From Phoronis australis (Eukaryota; Animalia; Phoronida): 64,000 nucleotides of DNA. A model generated the notes under the pieces. The model did not search any database. It was given only the letters and a program-made list of their open reading frames with translations, and was not told the origin of the DNA. Below are positions 13,244 to 27,129 of the stretch, piece after piece. The translations under genes were made by a program, and so were the position numbers. How positions within the stretch are numbered: position 1 is the stretch's first letter; every line of letters begins with the position of its first letter. The DNA lies in contig NMRA01000115.1 of NCBI GenBank assembly GCA_002633005.1, positions 308,104 to 372,103 of the forward strand, read 5' to 3'.

Positions 13244-14518
13244 CCGTATTCGCCGTAATAACCGCCCAGGGCGCTTAGAAAAGTTCGGTTTAAGGGGGGC
13301 GCTTATTATAACCAAAGGCGGTTGAAACCCGGTCTCCGAAACGGGTGAAATCGGAAGCTAAGATTCATCAAATTTACGTTCTTTGACGTATCTGTAATCT
13401 ATGAAAGACTTCCAACAAAACTGTGGTGCATTGCTATCAAACTTAGCTGCTAAATTACGATCATTTTACAGAAAATCGTGCTCNNNNNNNNNNNNNNNNN
13501 NNNNNNNNNNNNNNNNNNNNNNNNNNNNNNNNNNNNNNNNNNNNNNNNNNNNNNNNNNNNNNNNNNNNNNNNNNNNNNNNNNNNNNNNNNNNNNNNNNNN
13601 NNNNNNNNNNNNNNNNNNNNNNNNNNNNNNNNNNNNNNNNNNNNNNNNNNNNNNNNNNNNNNNNNNNNNNNNNNNNNNNNNNNNNNNNNNNNNNNNNNNN
13701 NNNNNNNNNNNNNNNNNNNNNNNNNNNNNNNNNNNNNNNNNNNNNNNNNNNNNNNNNNNNNNNNNNNNNNNNNNNNNNNNNNNNNNNNNNNNNNNNNNNN
13801 NNNNNNNNNNNNNNNNNNNNNNNNNNNNNNNNNNNNNNNNNNNNNNNNNNNNNNNNNNNNNNNNNNNNNNNNNNNNNNNNNNNNNNNNNNNNNNNNNNNN
13901 NNNNNNNNNNNNNNNNNNNNNNNNNNNNNNNNNNNNNNNNNNNNNNNNNNNNNNNNNNNNNNNNNNNNNNNNNNNNNNNNNNNNNNNNNNNNNNNNNNNN
14001 NNNNNNNNNNNNNNNNNNNNNNNNNNNNNNNNNNNNNNNNNNNNNNNNNNNNNNNNNNNNNNNNNNNNNNNNNNNNNNNNNNNNNNNNNNNNNNNNNNNN
14101 NNNNNNNNNNNNNNNNNNNNNNNNNNNNNNTATGTAGCGCGCGCTTTCTGGCCACGTGCGTTCAACACCGAGTTATTTTTATTCATGAGACAGTCGATGT
14201 GTACTGTGAGGTCAGACCATAGTGGGACACGGTCGTCGCGAAAGTAGCAACGCTGTTGCGTTCTTTTTGAAGCGCTGTGTTACTTTGAAGTGTATTGTCA
14301 CGGCTAAATACAAACGTAGCAGTGCCGCTGGTGGTCTAGAAGACCAGTGCAAAACTTTTTTGATAAATTGAAGACGTTACTGTAGCCAAGTTTTAGAACT
14401 GAAGGTACGTCATTGTTCGCATGTACACGCTCATGGACTGGGCGCTTATTCCAGCAAAGTCTGAAAACGCGTGGGGGGGCGCTTATAGGGGCATGGGCGG
14501 TTATTACGGCGAATACGG
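13244..14518. mobile_element. Tc1/mariner-superfamily (CCGTA-TIR, Tc2/pogo-like) non-autonomous element spanning an N gap
   Basis: Perfect TIR CCGTATTCGCCGTAATAACCGCCCA / TGGGCGGTTATTACGGCGAATACGG, TA TSD on both sides, GGGCGCTTAT subterminal motifs. Confidence 0.85.
13484..14130. other. Assembly gap (others at 57548-57761 and 60760-60780)
   Basis: Runs of N. Confidence 1.
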
Positions 14519-17500
14519 TATGCATTATTAACACAGATCAAAAACCACACTACACTCCTGTCTGGCATACACCGGGCATATTTAGGATCAGTGGAGTTCC
14601 CAAAGTTTCCCATTTTGAGTGACTTCGCAAAAAATAGGTCTACACAGTTAGCTAACTTTAGCTCATTGGTCAAGGAAACGCTGCTCATTTTTGCTTGCAT
14701 TCAATTTCAGACTGTTATTACACCTCTACTGGTTTGTGTTATTGTGTTCTTCTAGGAAACATGTACTTCGCTCGCCACAAATGACTCTGGACTCCATCCA
14801 GGGCAATGACATCAGGATCCACTCGCACTATATTTGGTGATTACCTTGTCAGAAAATTGATACACCCAAGTTTCAAGAGTGATTTAACTATCGTCCTTGG
14901 GGGAAGCCTGAACAAGCATATGGGACCCACAGCCTCAAGCAACAGGCCATAAAGGTCCTCCGTTTTTTTGACCCACGGTTCTACCTGGAGTTTCTATAGG
15001 CCTTGCATTGTTGTTCGTGTCACCCTTTTTAGTTGACGACTTAGTATTTTTGGAGACAACATGCAGGTTTGATGCAAAAAAACGATACTTAAGCTACAGA
15101 CTGTCATTTTCGTATTGCCCCTTACCAAAGACAAAAGTACAATACGTTTATCAACAAAACACCCTGAAAAGTTTTAGAACATTCCAGCTGGGCCAAACCC
15201 AATGAATCTGATGAAACAGGTCACAAGTGTATTGGCCTAGAAAAAACGTTATTTTAAATGCATCCATAAGGTGGAGTTCTAACTTCTGGACTAAAGTGTT
15301 GTCCACCACCTTATTTGTGTCATTATTTGTGTCATTGGCATGTGTTTTTATACATTTATACATGGGGGGGGGGTGCAGTTCTACAATAGGGAGCAGGATT
15401 GGACATTATGACTGATATTCAGTTTGGCCAACATTAACCAACTATTGACACTGATGGTTATAAAACATCAATGCAATCAACTGCACAGCAGTTGTCTGGG
15501 AAATCATCTTTTTCTGAAACAAAGAATTCAAATAAAGACTCCAAAGCAGCCAATAGGACTAATTAATATTTATAGCTAATAAAGTCCATTCTGTGGTGAA
15601 ATGCAGTAAATTCAATATGACAGACATGATGGGGACCCCTTATAGTGTAGCCTGTAATGTTCTTTAGAGACAATAGGAAGCTGAAATCACTTCATATGAA
15701 ACACTATCAATCATTTTGGGTTCACCTGCCATACTACAGCATGACAGAAAATCTTTAGATTAGATTTAGACTCAATGTTTTCTGTATCAAATCCACTCTA
15801 GCAATATTAGGGCAGCGTGCGTTTGACAGAAAATCTTTAGGCGAGCGTCGCTCGCAAGACACAGGCTCTGGGAAGGTAGTACTAGTATGCATGACAAATA
15901 TATTGTCAGCTGAACAGGCAATACCACCATGGCAACTGAAAATGAATCTGCAACATTGCATTACACAACAGATACCAATGTCTTAACAATTATATCAATG
16001 AGGCCTTGACACACTCCATTCTTTGGATACAGTTTTCTCCAAGGTTTTCCCAACCTTGTCTCAAAACATTATGCTCTTGTGTTAAATGCTATTCAATAGA
16101 TTTATGACACAAATATTTAACAGAATAGAACCAACTGGCTGAAAATGGCACACTACAAAAGTAACTGACTTCCAAGTCATAATACTTATCCTTTAGACTT
16201 AACAACCCAACATACTGATGCGTAGTAACACCGCCTTAACTACCTCACAACGTTTGAGCTCAAGCAAAGGGCTGCATGAATTGGGAGGTTAAAACAAAAT
16301 ACCCATAATACTTTTGATTTTCTAACGGCAACTGTATTTATGACATGGATTTTAAACTGAAAGTGGCTGTGAACGTGGGCTACATCCACGAAGCGAACTT
16401 TTAGCCATAGAATTGTTATCTACTTATTCCTTTCATAGATGAGAAGTGATTTTTGGGTTTCAAAGAACTAGCAATTCGTTATTCCTTGACACCATACTCA
16501 GAGCACAAAATGACAGGCTGTTACAAGACAACTTGTTAAGCTTTGGCTCAAGCAATAATGAGCAGCCAGTTGTTTCGAAGCTCTAAAATGACCTCTAATT
16601 CAACTTCAGAAGGAACAGTTTGAAACAAATACCATAATGGTAAGCTGTTTTAAGCTGCTGTAAGAGTTATGACAACCTTCGCTCATGACCCCACTCCTGT
16701 CTCAAGCATGTTTTTACCATCCTATAGGCCTGGCATACTGTTACAACTGAAAAGTCACTCTGTCAAACTAGAATCAGTCACACAACACTAAATCAATGTG
16801 TATGCACAAATGCAGTAAAAAACTTTCCGCCCATCGCTCATTCAGAGCTTTGCTGACCCCAGCAATACTTCAAACAAAACCCATTGGGATGGAAATTAGC
16901 TATGACCAAATCAATCAGTTTCCATTCTCTTTTGTCCTTGCTCACTCGCTCAAATACATATTTCATGAATGTAAAGAGCCTTAGAAGCAATTTCAGAATT
17001 AGCCGAGAGCAAGAGCATAGGAGGAGATGTGAAGAGAATTGAGTTATGGTTGAACCCTAATGCAGTTATAAGAAAACTGGCTTTAGGGTACGATAAAACT
17101 TGTATGATACCAATAATGGCTCCTGTACGATACCAATAATGGGTTGTGCTTGACCTCAACAGCAAATCGGCAACACATTATGTGTTTCATTTGCGTCTTG
17201 TGTCATTCAGTACAAAGCAACGATCCGAGACAATTTAACATGAATCGCTAACCATGCACTTTGGATTCGGCCAGACATTCATTGCACGAGACCACTTGCA
17301 GGTATGTCTACACATATATTTAGCAGACAATTTTTGTAGAAACGATCTTGTTTTAACACAGTTCAACAGGGCTTGAATAAAAACAGGCATGTTTCATAAT
17401 GCCATAACATAAATACTTGATTGTCAATATTCAAATATTTTGTAATCACCAAAACATAGTTGCCAAAGTGTTCTGCTTTTGACAGGACTGTACCTAATTT

Positions 17501-20500
17501 TAAAGGTTTATTCCCCATCCCACCATAGCATCAAGATTCTAAGCCTGATGACACACATAAAAAACATCTCTAGTGTTTTTCTACATGATTTACCCTATTT
17601 TCTCATTCCATAAATTAAACAATAGGGGTGTTTTCGGGGTGTTATGGTAGTTTGGGGGATTTGCAGTTTGGCCTTACTCTAGATGTCAAACTTTTTCATT
17701 TTCGAATGTTGGCAGCTATGACACACTGGGCACTAGTGAGCAGCACACCACATTTATGACCATTCAAAGCAAGATTTTATTGAAGGGCCATTTAGTCAGT
17801 CAGCCAGCAAACCAACATGATTGGTGACTAAGACAGGGTTGGTCATTTCATCAGTCAATTTTTTATGCAGGCATCATTCTAGCATTTGGGGGCTTTCACT
17901 GCAGATTGTATTCGTCTGTCAGTGTCTGAAGGGGATTCCTGTCACCAATGGGCCAAGTTGTTGCCCATTTCCCCCATGTGGCTGGCCCTGATGTTGTGGA
18001 TGAGACCACTCCCAATGAATCCTACTTACCCTTTGTTGAAAAATAATAGACAGAATTGACAATTTTCATAAAGTTGGAATGTGGTTAGACAAAGAGATTT
18101 ACTTTGACATTAATGGCTGTACATGAAACGTAGAGAAAAGACACCACTAAACACATTACCAAATGACAGAAAATGTCAAAAACTCTTTGCTGTAAATGTC
18201 CACATGGTGGAAACACTGCAATCAAATAGGTTATTGTATAATAAACTGTGAGATTATGAAAAGCAATCACTATGATGAATTTTGATCTGGAGTAAATGAT
18301 TTCCACCAGTCATGGTTTGCCAGCATGCACACCTTTGAAGACTGGACAATACCAGCAACTACAGGACTCCACAATAGTGAAGAAGTCACAAATTACCAGC
18401 AAAGATGCCCATGCAATCCATTCACACCAATGACTAAAGATCTAATCATGCTAATGATGTATTGTGTGGTCACTCCACAATCTCCTATATGGATCCTAAA
18501 TAATAGGTCCAATGAATATTATTTCAAAGGATGGCTTACAATTACAAGAATGCCCTAGGTACCACCCACATCTTAGCTGGGGTAGTCTACATTCAAGTGA
18601 TTATAACAGGTTTTACACCACAGTCTTTCTGCACAAAAGGAATTGAGGAATGTGTCCACAATGAACCATAATAGTCTTTTGAAAGAATTTCAGGGACATG
18701 CCACCAGAGTAGTCTGTCTCCCCCCCCAAAGGGCCAATCCAGTGACATCTTCAGAGAGTGGGTGGACAAAATTTGCCTAAAGATGATTAGGAGTGTANGT
18801 GTTATCAGTGTTTATGCTGGGGAAATCGACCAAGGCATTCGGGCCTCCCGTGGTTCATCCAAAAGCAACTATCAGAAACCATTTCACTACTAAATACAAC
18901 ATGGCAAGTACTTTGATATCACCTTATTTTCCAGCTCATTCCTATTGGATTATATGGGTAACTAAGCCCCTGGGGAAATACAAACTAAAACTCCATTCAA
19001 GATCAACATAGAAGTGCTCTCTATTAATAGTACACCAGGTCATGTGATCAAAACAAAAATAGATGTCTGACCTGTGATGACCTCTGCCTATGCCTGGAAG
19101 TCATAAACTAGTTTTGCCACCAAGGCAGTGGCAGTAATGTTGATCTATGCTAAGAGTGCTTTCAATGGGTGCACCAAAAACAGGTGAATACCAGTAAGAA
19201 TGTTTATATGCAAACAAATCCAATGGATATTTCTTTCCAAATCACATTATTGTTTGATCAGACAAAAAAAAATTCCGCAGCAGCACACCCACGGTGATAA
19301 CAAGCAGGTATTGATTGACGAAAAGAGCATGGTGTTTCATATCGGGGCAACAAGCGATCTCTCGGATTCACCTATGGATTCGCAGAGGGTCAAATGAAGT
19401 GCACATATACACCCCAGGCAAAGAACATACCATATCCTTTCTAGTCTGGTAAATGATTATTGGAGAATAGTAATACCACGCCGACTGCATGGGTGCAAAT
19501 ACACCAAGACAAATAATTCCGTACCACGGTACCGGTCCATCCATAGTTGGTAGACAGACACAGACTTGATAGGTTGTTTTTTCAAATACATACAGCAATT
19601 CTCCACTTATTTTGCACAAAAAAATCATAGCCAAGCTCGTCATTTTCCATTTTCCAATAGCTGATTGCTACAACGTAAATAATGGAAACTTCACCACAAG
19701 CTGTGACATCTACACAGCACAAACCAAGCCAATGATCGATTAAAATTTTCTCACTTTTATCTTCATGGAAAATTTTGACAAATTAGAATTTCAGTTGTTG
19801 GCCATATCGTGTGGTGAATAATATGACACAATGTTATCCACATTCAATCTCACTAATTTAGGATAGAAAATGGCCGACACGTAAATTATTAAATATTATT
19901 TTAATTTTTCCATAAAAGATATTTAGTACCACATTAATGCTTTTCCTAGTTCAAGTTCTGTACCGCAGCAAACATCTGACATTGTTTTGAAAAGTTCTAG
20001 GCATCCGCAACAACGTGAGAAGTCTTTAAAAAACGATAGAGTCCATTTTTTTGCAATTAATTTTGTCCTAAATTTGATACTTTTTTATTGCCAATGAAAC
20101 AAAACCCTCACTCATTACATCAAAAATAAGACACCATAGGACAACACTGTACTATTTATTGTTCTGATTCCAAAAAAACTTAAGATTTTCCAAACCTCAA
20201 AAAATGACCAGTATCAGGGTAAATCAAACGAAATTCAGCCACTCAATTTATAATAGAACAAACATGGCACAAGAGGATCTGTGGACTGGGCAGTCGCATG
20301 TACCAGGCACAGAACGGAATCGTATAGATAAACCTGCAGTTGGAAAAACATTGGCTTACAAGGCTTCGCCCCAGGAGGTGAGTGAATTAGTCAGATACCA
20401 TTGCACCTGGTCAGTGGTTAAGATCTGGGCAGTTGAGGCAAGAGTGAGAGTGTGAAAAACTGGGAAACCTGTCTTTTGACAATGTGTGATAGGAATGTGC

Positions 20501-23500
20501 AAGCTGTAGGCAAATTGATGGACATAAACATTGGAGTGTGCAAACTCAATACTGTGATAAGAGTAGGGAGATATTGTGTGTTGCCACAGATTAACACAAA
20601 CCTAGTGTGAAGGATAGTGACATCACAATACTGACGACCTTTTTTAACACGAGGACCTGTTTGTCAGATCGTGTTGCATTTCGGAATGCCTCTCTCCCAT
20701 TTGCATTGCCCTGACACGTTGAATATCGCCCCGCATGATTGAATGGCCCCACACAGGCTTGAATGGCCTTTGATATGGTCCAACACAGCTTTAAATGGTC
20801 CTCAAAACCTTTGCATGAGCCTGGGCACATTACGGTTTTCAGATACAAGGAAAACGCAGAGAATGTTAAAATAAATCTAATCAAAGTGAGAATTCCAATC
20901 CTACCAAGAAAATGTGGTTTTCGCATGCTGAGATCTCCTGCAATGCAGATGATCAATCGCGACCTATGCATCACACAGTGATATAACTTGTGTAACCTTT
21001 CAAAGTCTCTTGGTCTATGCTGCGTGACTGATGGTGGGCAGGGTGTATAGGAGTGAAATGGATGGGAAACGTTGCGCGCCCACGCCACACTGGTGCTGAA
21101 GCAGTGTGCGTTCAGAACACACATAGATTCTATGACACTTCTTTTAAAATAAGGCAATGGTGAGAATGGTAATCGCCCCAGCCTCCACTTAAAAAGTGTT
21201 TATTTTTCATTTTAAAAATTCTATGTAAGCACTTTGCAGATTGGGACATATTTGAGGAGAGTATGAAAGGTCATCAGAGCTTTCACTGTTATTAATTCAT
21301 ACCAATCACAAAGTCAGTCCATTTTTATGGTGTCGCCTGTGGCTCTACATATGCCATATATCAAATAGGTCATTCTAAATGTATGCCACACCACATATGT
21401 CTAAACTGTTGGAACAAAGTGATCACAGTTTCTCAAAACTACAATGCAAAACTCGTTCACTTCGAAAACAGAAAATTTGTTGCAGCACACAGCGAAAGTG
21501 TTGGTAAGTATTATTTCCAGTGGTATGTGGTGTTCTGCATTCAAATGCAGTGGCAAGAACAAATAAAATTTAGTTTCCACAATCCAAAGTCTGCCATTAG
21601 GACTGTTGTCAAAATAAACGGAAACAAAACTGTTTGACAATTCAGGAACACGCTTAATGTCTGTAATGACAGGTTAACATTCAAGTAAAAACAACCAGCA
21701 GAAAAACAATAGAGTGCCTAACTACTCCTTGCTCACCAGCTAGCAGACCACCAAATTTCGACTCCTCAGTGAATGTGTTAGAGACTTGGAATTGTAAAAA
21801 ACTTGTCATCGGTTCTTAAACATGAAAACTTGAATAAACAGCGCTTTTCTGCACTGCTGTCTATTTCTGTTTATGGTAAGTGCATCAGATAACCAACAGG
21901 TAAAGATGCACATAAGCTCTAGCGTAACCGCAAATGCTATAAAGCAAAAAATGTTATCTGCTGACCACTTTTGGCATATTTGTGGACATTTGCACAAGTT
22001 CTGAATAAAGAATATGGAAACATCTGTAGAAACACCCTCCTTCGAGGACTGCCTCAGAAGCATCAGTCCGAGGGTTTTCCGCGATGCAGTCAAACAGTGT
22101 GCAGCAGCATATTTGCAAAATTCAGCACCATGCTTTGAAATCTTGAGCAATGTTTGACAAACCCGAGCCATGTTTGAAATCTAGAACCATGTTCGAAAAG
22201 CCATTTTTTTTTTGCTTTGCGAGACACATGACTGAAACAGTGTTGCAGTGAAATTTACTATAAATTTGTTCTTTTGTTGTGTAAAAGTAACAGCACCATG
22301 TTCACTAATTGGTATTGTGTAACTCTACCATAGTTGTTGGTGTGATTAGAAGAAAGAGAAATTATGATGAGAAATTCCAAGCACAAATTAGCACCATGTT
22401 TGGATTATTGCCAAGCTACAAGCTGTTTAAAACAAACCGCCAGGAGGGAGAACAGAATCCTTCTGAAAGCGGGACGGTGTCGTCTTGTAATAAAGACACA
22501 TTTCAAGAAAATCTGACAAGGAAATGTAAAAAAAAACTAATGTAGAATTGCACTCAGTGGTAGTAGAATCCCTCTGAAATTCATGATAAAACACACGGGT
22601 GAGAAACAACATGACCGCCAGACACAAAAACGTGACCACCGGTCCTCCAAATTGGACGGATTCAGCACAAAACAGAATCCACAAGGATGAAATGGCACTG
22701 CCACACCAGAAAATGGGACCAATGCACCTAAAAACATGACCGCACCACGACAAAACAGGACATTCGTAGACTTGACTGCCGGACAAAGTTTAGGTATCAA
22801 TGTCCCTGTGTGATACTGCGGAATATGACGTAGCTAGCTGCATGAAGATTATCGTCAAAATACAGCTTGGTAGCACTGTGTGTTGAGCTTCATTAGTCCC
22901 TAAAACTTCCCACAGCACGGGTAGTTCTGCTTGCTACCTTGTCATAAAACATGTAGAGCTAACCACCGGCGGGGTGCATGCAAATTCTGGGAGTCAACCG
23001 ACATTCACCTTGCCCGTTGCAGTCGTTTGATTGAAAAACAATCTAATAAACGTCATTTTCTTGCATAATTATATGCTTTTGTAACGCAGAAAAGTCCTGC
23101 ACATGACGCACATATGCCCCATTTCCTAACATTTTGCAACATCTTTCATAAGATGAAATTCGGTTTGCTTAAAATTCTAAAAGTTTGTAATGAAATGAAA
23201 CCAGTTCCTAAAATTTGTTGTGACATATACGCAATCTCTTGGAGGAGAAGAAAAGTTGGTTGAAGAATCGGGGAAAGAAGAAAACTGGTCAATGAAAGCT
23301 GACCCAAAACACACCACAATTTTAGCAGCAGACTAACAGCAGCAAGCTGAATTTTTCCCAAACGCTGATATAATTTAGTTTACTCAAGGAAGAGTGTTGT
23401 TAACTAACACTTACTTTGTGCAGATTTTACTTGAACAGTTTTTTACCCCCAATGGCGCAAGCAAAGATTCATATTTAGTACACAGCTTTGCCACACCACG

Positions 23501-24961
23501 GCAAGTTATAATGATACTTTAACCGAGAACCAGAATGCGTTTTTTGCCTTGACTAAATCGTCAAATCAGAGAAAATGAGTTTCGGTTTGTTCTGAAACTT
23601 ATGCAGTGGATAAAATTATAATTATTTAGCTCAAAAGATTGCAACAAGATTAAAAAATAGTGCAGGTGGCCTGATGCATTTTGTAGTACACCAGGCGTGT
23701 TTAGGTCACAAGGCCGGGACCATTACACTAATCATCTGATTATGACTCATGGGGACCCCCCCGACATCATCGGTTTTCTCATGGGTAAAATCTCTCAATC
23801 TGGCTGTTTGTTTCAGAAAGATAGAAAAACTGGTATGAATTAACAGTGTCAGGTTATGTGTCCATCAAGTAGTAGATACTTTTAGGCATGTGCAACATGG
23901 TTGGTTTTTGGTTAGATTTCTTAATTTTAAATAATTGTTAGCCTTCTTTCAATTGTTTATTTGTTATAACCCAGAAGAGCCTGGTGAAGTACAGCTCGAA
24001 AGCGCGGCATTTTACAAAGCGAAGTATTCTGTAATGCACAATAGATTTCAGTGGATTTATCAACATAAGACCAGCATTTGATCCCAGTAGGTCCTATGGC
24101 GAGTCGGTCCGATTTGGAGGACCCGCAGTTTTGGTTCCGGCAATCCTGTTGTTCCTCACCTGTGATACATGTCACAAAAATTTTATGCACACTCACCAGA
24201 GGGAAGATAAAGCAATAGATGCCAGACAACAGACGGACGGGAAAGTCAGCTTTATGAGACCATGCATACATGGGGAGATACAAACAAGCTAGGCTGTTTT
24301 TGTGTGCTTTTGAAAAACTAAGAACCTTGCACGCCAGAAAATTAACACATTGTAGAGATATTTGAGATGTTCATTTTTCAAACATTTCCGCCACCATCGA
24401 GTTGGCTCCATTCCAAAATCGATATCAGTTGTGTTCTCCTCATTAGGAACACGAAGGTCATTTTTGACAATCAGTAGAAGAACTTGGTAGATAAGAAGGC
24501 AGACGCAATGACAATTTGCCACAAGGGGATGCCACAGTAGTCATCACATCAGTCCGAAAATCAATACCAACCGTGCTTTCCTCAGTCAAAACACATATGC
24601 CAAATATCACGAAAAACCATCAAAGAACAACAAGTAGATATTCAGGCACACCTAAAGAAAACTGAACTTGCCACAAGAAGGTGGCACAGTGATCAAATCC
24701 CTCTAAAAATCAACATCAGGCACGCTGTCATGAACAGGAGCATGAATGGCAAGACACATAAAGGAACTTAAGAGATATTGATAAATAAAAATGAAACACC
24801 ATGATGTTTTTTGCTTTCTGATGTTGTAAGGCATAGGTTTCAAAATGCATCAAGGTGCACACAAAGTAGAACGAAGGTCATAGGAAAAAGGTGTCCATCC
24901 CTTCTGGGAAGGGATTTTTCAGGTGATGGTAAAATTCTCTCCTTGAAACCACCAATACCAA

Positions 24962-27129
24962 CAGGGCTCGACATAACGAGCTGCAGGTCGCATTTGCGAC
25001 CTGAAATTTGGAAATGCGAGCTGAGATTTTTGTCAGCTCGTATCAAGTCGCAAAATGCGACCTGGAATTTCCAACGAATGCGAGTTTTTACACTTCTCAA
25101 CAGATACCTGGCAAATACAAAGCAGCTCTTGTTAATCTGATCGTTATTTGGTTGTTGCCAAATCCAAGTTCAAAAGAACACTAACCGAGAACAGCCCTCC
25201 CGATGACTTGTAAGCAAGTCGCGTGAACATGAGATATGCAAAATCGATCTTTGACGCGTTTCATTGGCTAACACTTTCGGCCACTTTTGTAAATTCCCGG
25301 ATTTGCCGAAGAAAGTTTCGGGCCACTGCTTACACGTGATAAAACTTCACAAAACAACGGTGTTTCTATTAATTCTTAAGCGATCAACTTACCAAACTTT
25401 GTGGTGGACAAAAATGTTTATTTTTCACAGAAGATGTCCTTATTACATGTACCAAATATCCACGACAATATCCCTGATATGGCACTGCGGCACCGTTAGC
25501 GCGCACGCGGTCCCGGCAGACAATCGTGACTTAGACTGAGATGTGCTTCTCCTTATTATCGTATTAAGACAGCCAAAGTGAAAATGACAACCTTATTAAT
25601 CGCCAAACGACGGTCACGTCTTTACTTTCAGTTACCAAGAAATTCTCAAACCCTTTAGTTGTTTCTGAGGCTACGTGCGCGAAATATGATTTGTCTTTCA
25701 CACATTGTTGCCAACGTAAAGTGTAGGCCTACTCCAGCGATTCAAGTGCGTGAACTCACGCGTGCGCACCACTTCAAAGAACAGCGACAGTCCTAAATGA
25801 AAGAGTATACCGGCTTGGCTCTAGTTTATTTGAAATTGAACTCAGATTCCCAGCGGTTTAAAGACCCGATGTCCCGGGACCGATATAAGCCAGAAATGAT
25901 GTTTTCCTGTTACGATGTTTCCCGAGGTCGATGTTCTGTAAACCCTGTATTCTATGCCCGTAGCCAGCTATTGCAACTAAACTGGCACCAGATGCGAAAT
26001 TGTGGTTCAAGTTAGTGAACTTTTATACACCCCCCACCCCTGGGCAAGTTTTCGCTCCCCGAACCACCGTCGCCGTAAAGGCTCCTATAGAAACAACCTT
26101 GTTCCGGCTGAAGCGGGCAGTTAAAAACAAAATCATTCCGGGTGGCTAAAAAGGGTACAATGTAGGTGGTAACGATATCCAGAAAGTCACCCCTATGCTA
26201 GATGGAGTTTGCCTCGCAAAATCGTGTTATTATAACGTTTCTTACCATTGCAGCGTTTTAATATCTTATTACCGCAAACACTGAGGTTAACGACTATGCT
26301 CACGCACAAGCCTACTCCCTACCTTTAAAGTGTTTCATAATAAGCGCTCACTGATCTATTAAAAGTCCCCCCTTAAATTTTGAGAATTTCCAATTAAGCG
26401 CCCACAGTTCAAGCTAGCGCCCATCATAGCGCACTACAAACGACCGCATGTGGTTTAAAATTGACACGCAGCTTATATGGTGTGTCACTTTCATTTTACA
26501 CAACTTCAGTTTTCAAAAACGTCTTTTCACAATATGTAAAAACCAAATCCCGGCTTTGTTTTATACCTCGGAAAGAAAGTTAACACTAGTGACATGCGTG
26601 TCGTTTTGTGACTGACCTATTTTTTCCATACTTGGAAGGTATTGAAGAGCAAACTCGCCATTACCCGAGTTAGTTTGAATCTTTAACGACTTTGATGACA
26701 GCCAGTAGCAGGCCAGATCTAACAAAATCCCGGATACTTTTTCAACGGGCATTTTCTCCCTATTCACAACGCAAATTTAGCTACTCGAATGCACAAGTCA
26801 GTTAGAGAGCACTGATTGAACTTTCACTTCGGCAACTTGCCTTGCACTCTAGAGTCTTTCAATGGCGGTCGTGAAGAACAGTAAGGCCGTACCTGCATGA
26901 ATGAAGTCAATATTTGAGATCCCAAATTTGTGAGTATTTAACGCAGCAGGTAAGAGCATAATCTAAACATTTTCTGGATGATCTAAAAAATCTATTTTGG
27001 CGCGTAAAAATGGCGGGAAAATTTTGCGACCTGGCATTTACGAATGCGAGCTGGATTTTGAAAATGCGACCTGGAATTTTGGCTAGGTCGCAAAATGCGA
27101 CCTGGCGATTTTAATAGCGTCGAGCCCTG
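24962..27129 (+). mobile_element. CAGGG-TIR (hAT-like) non-autonomous element, 2168 bp
   Basis: TIR CAGGGCTCGAC / GTCGAGCCCTG; repeated subterminal GCGACCTG/AGGTCGC motifs; ACCAA duplicated at both flanks; second partial copy at 60781-61895. Confidence 0.85.

Noticed and set aside
13401-14222. Long ORFs of 219-273 aa (also 57456-57829 and 60427-60925)
   Set aside because: Artefacts of translating through N gaps.
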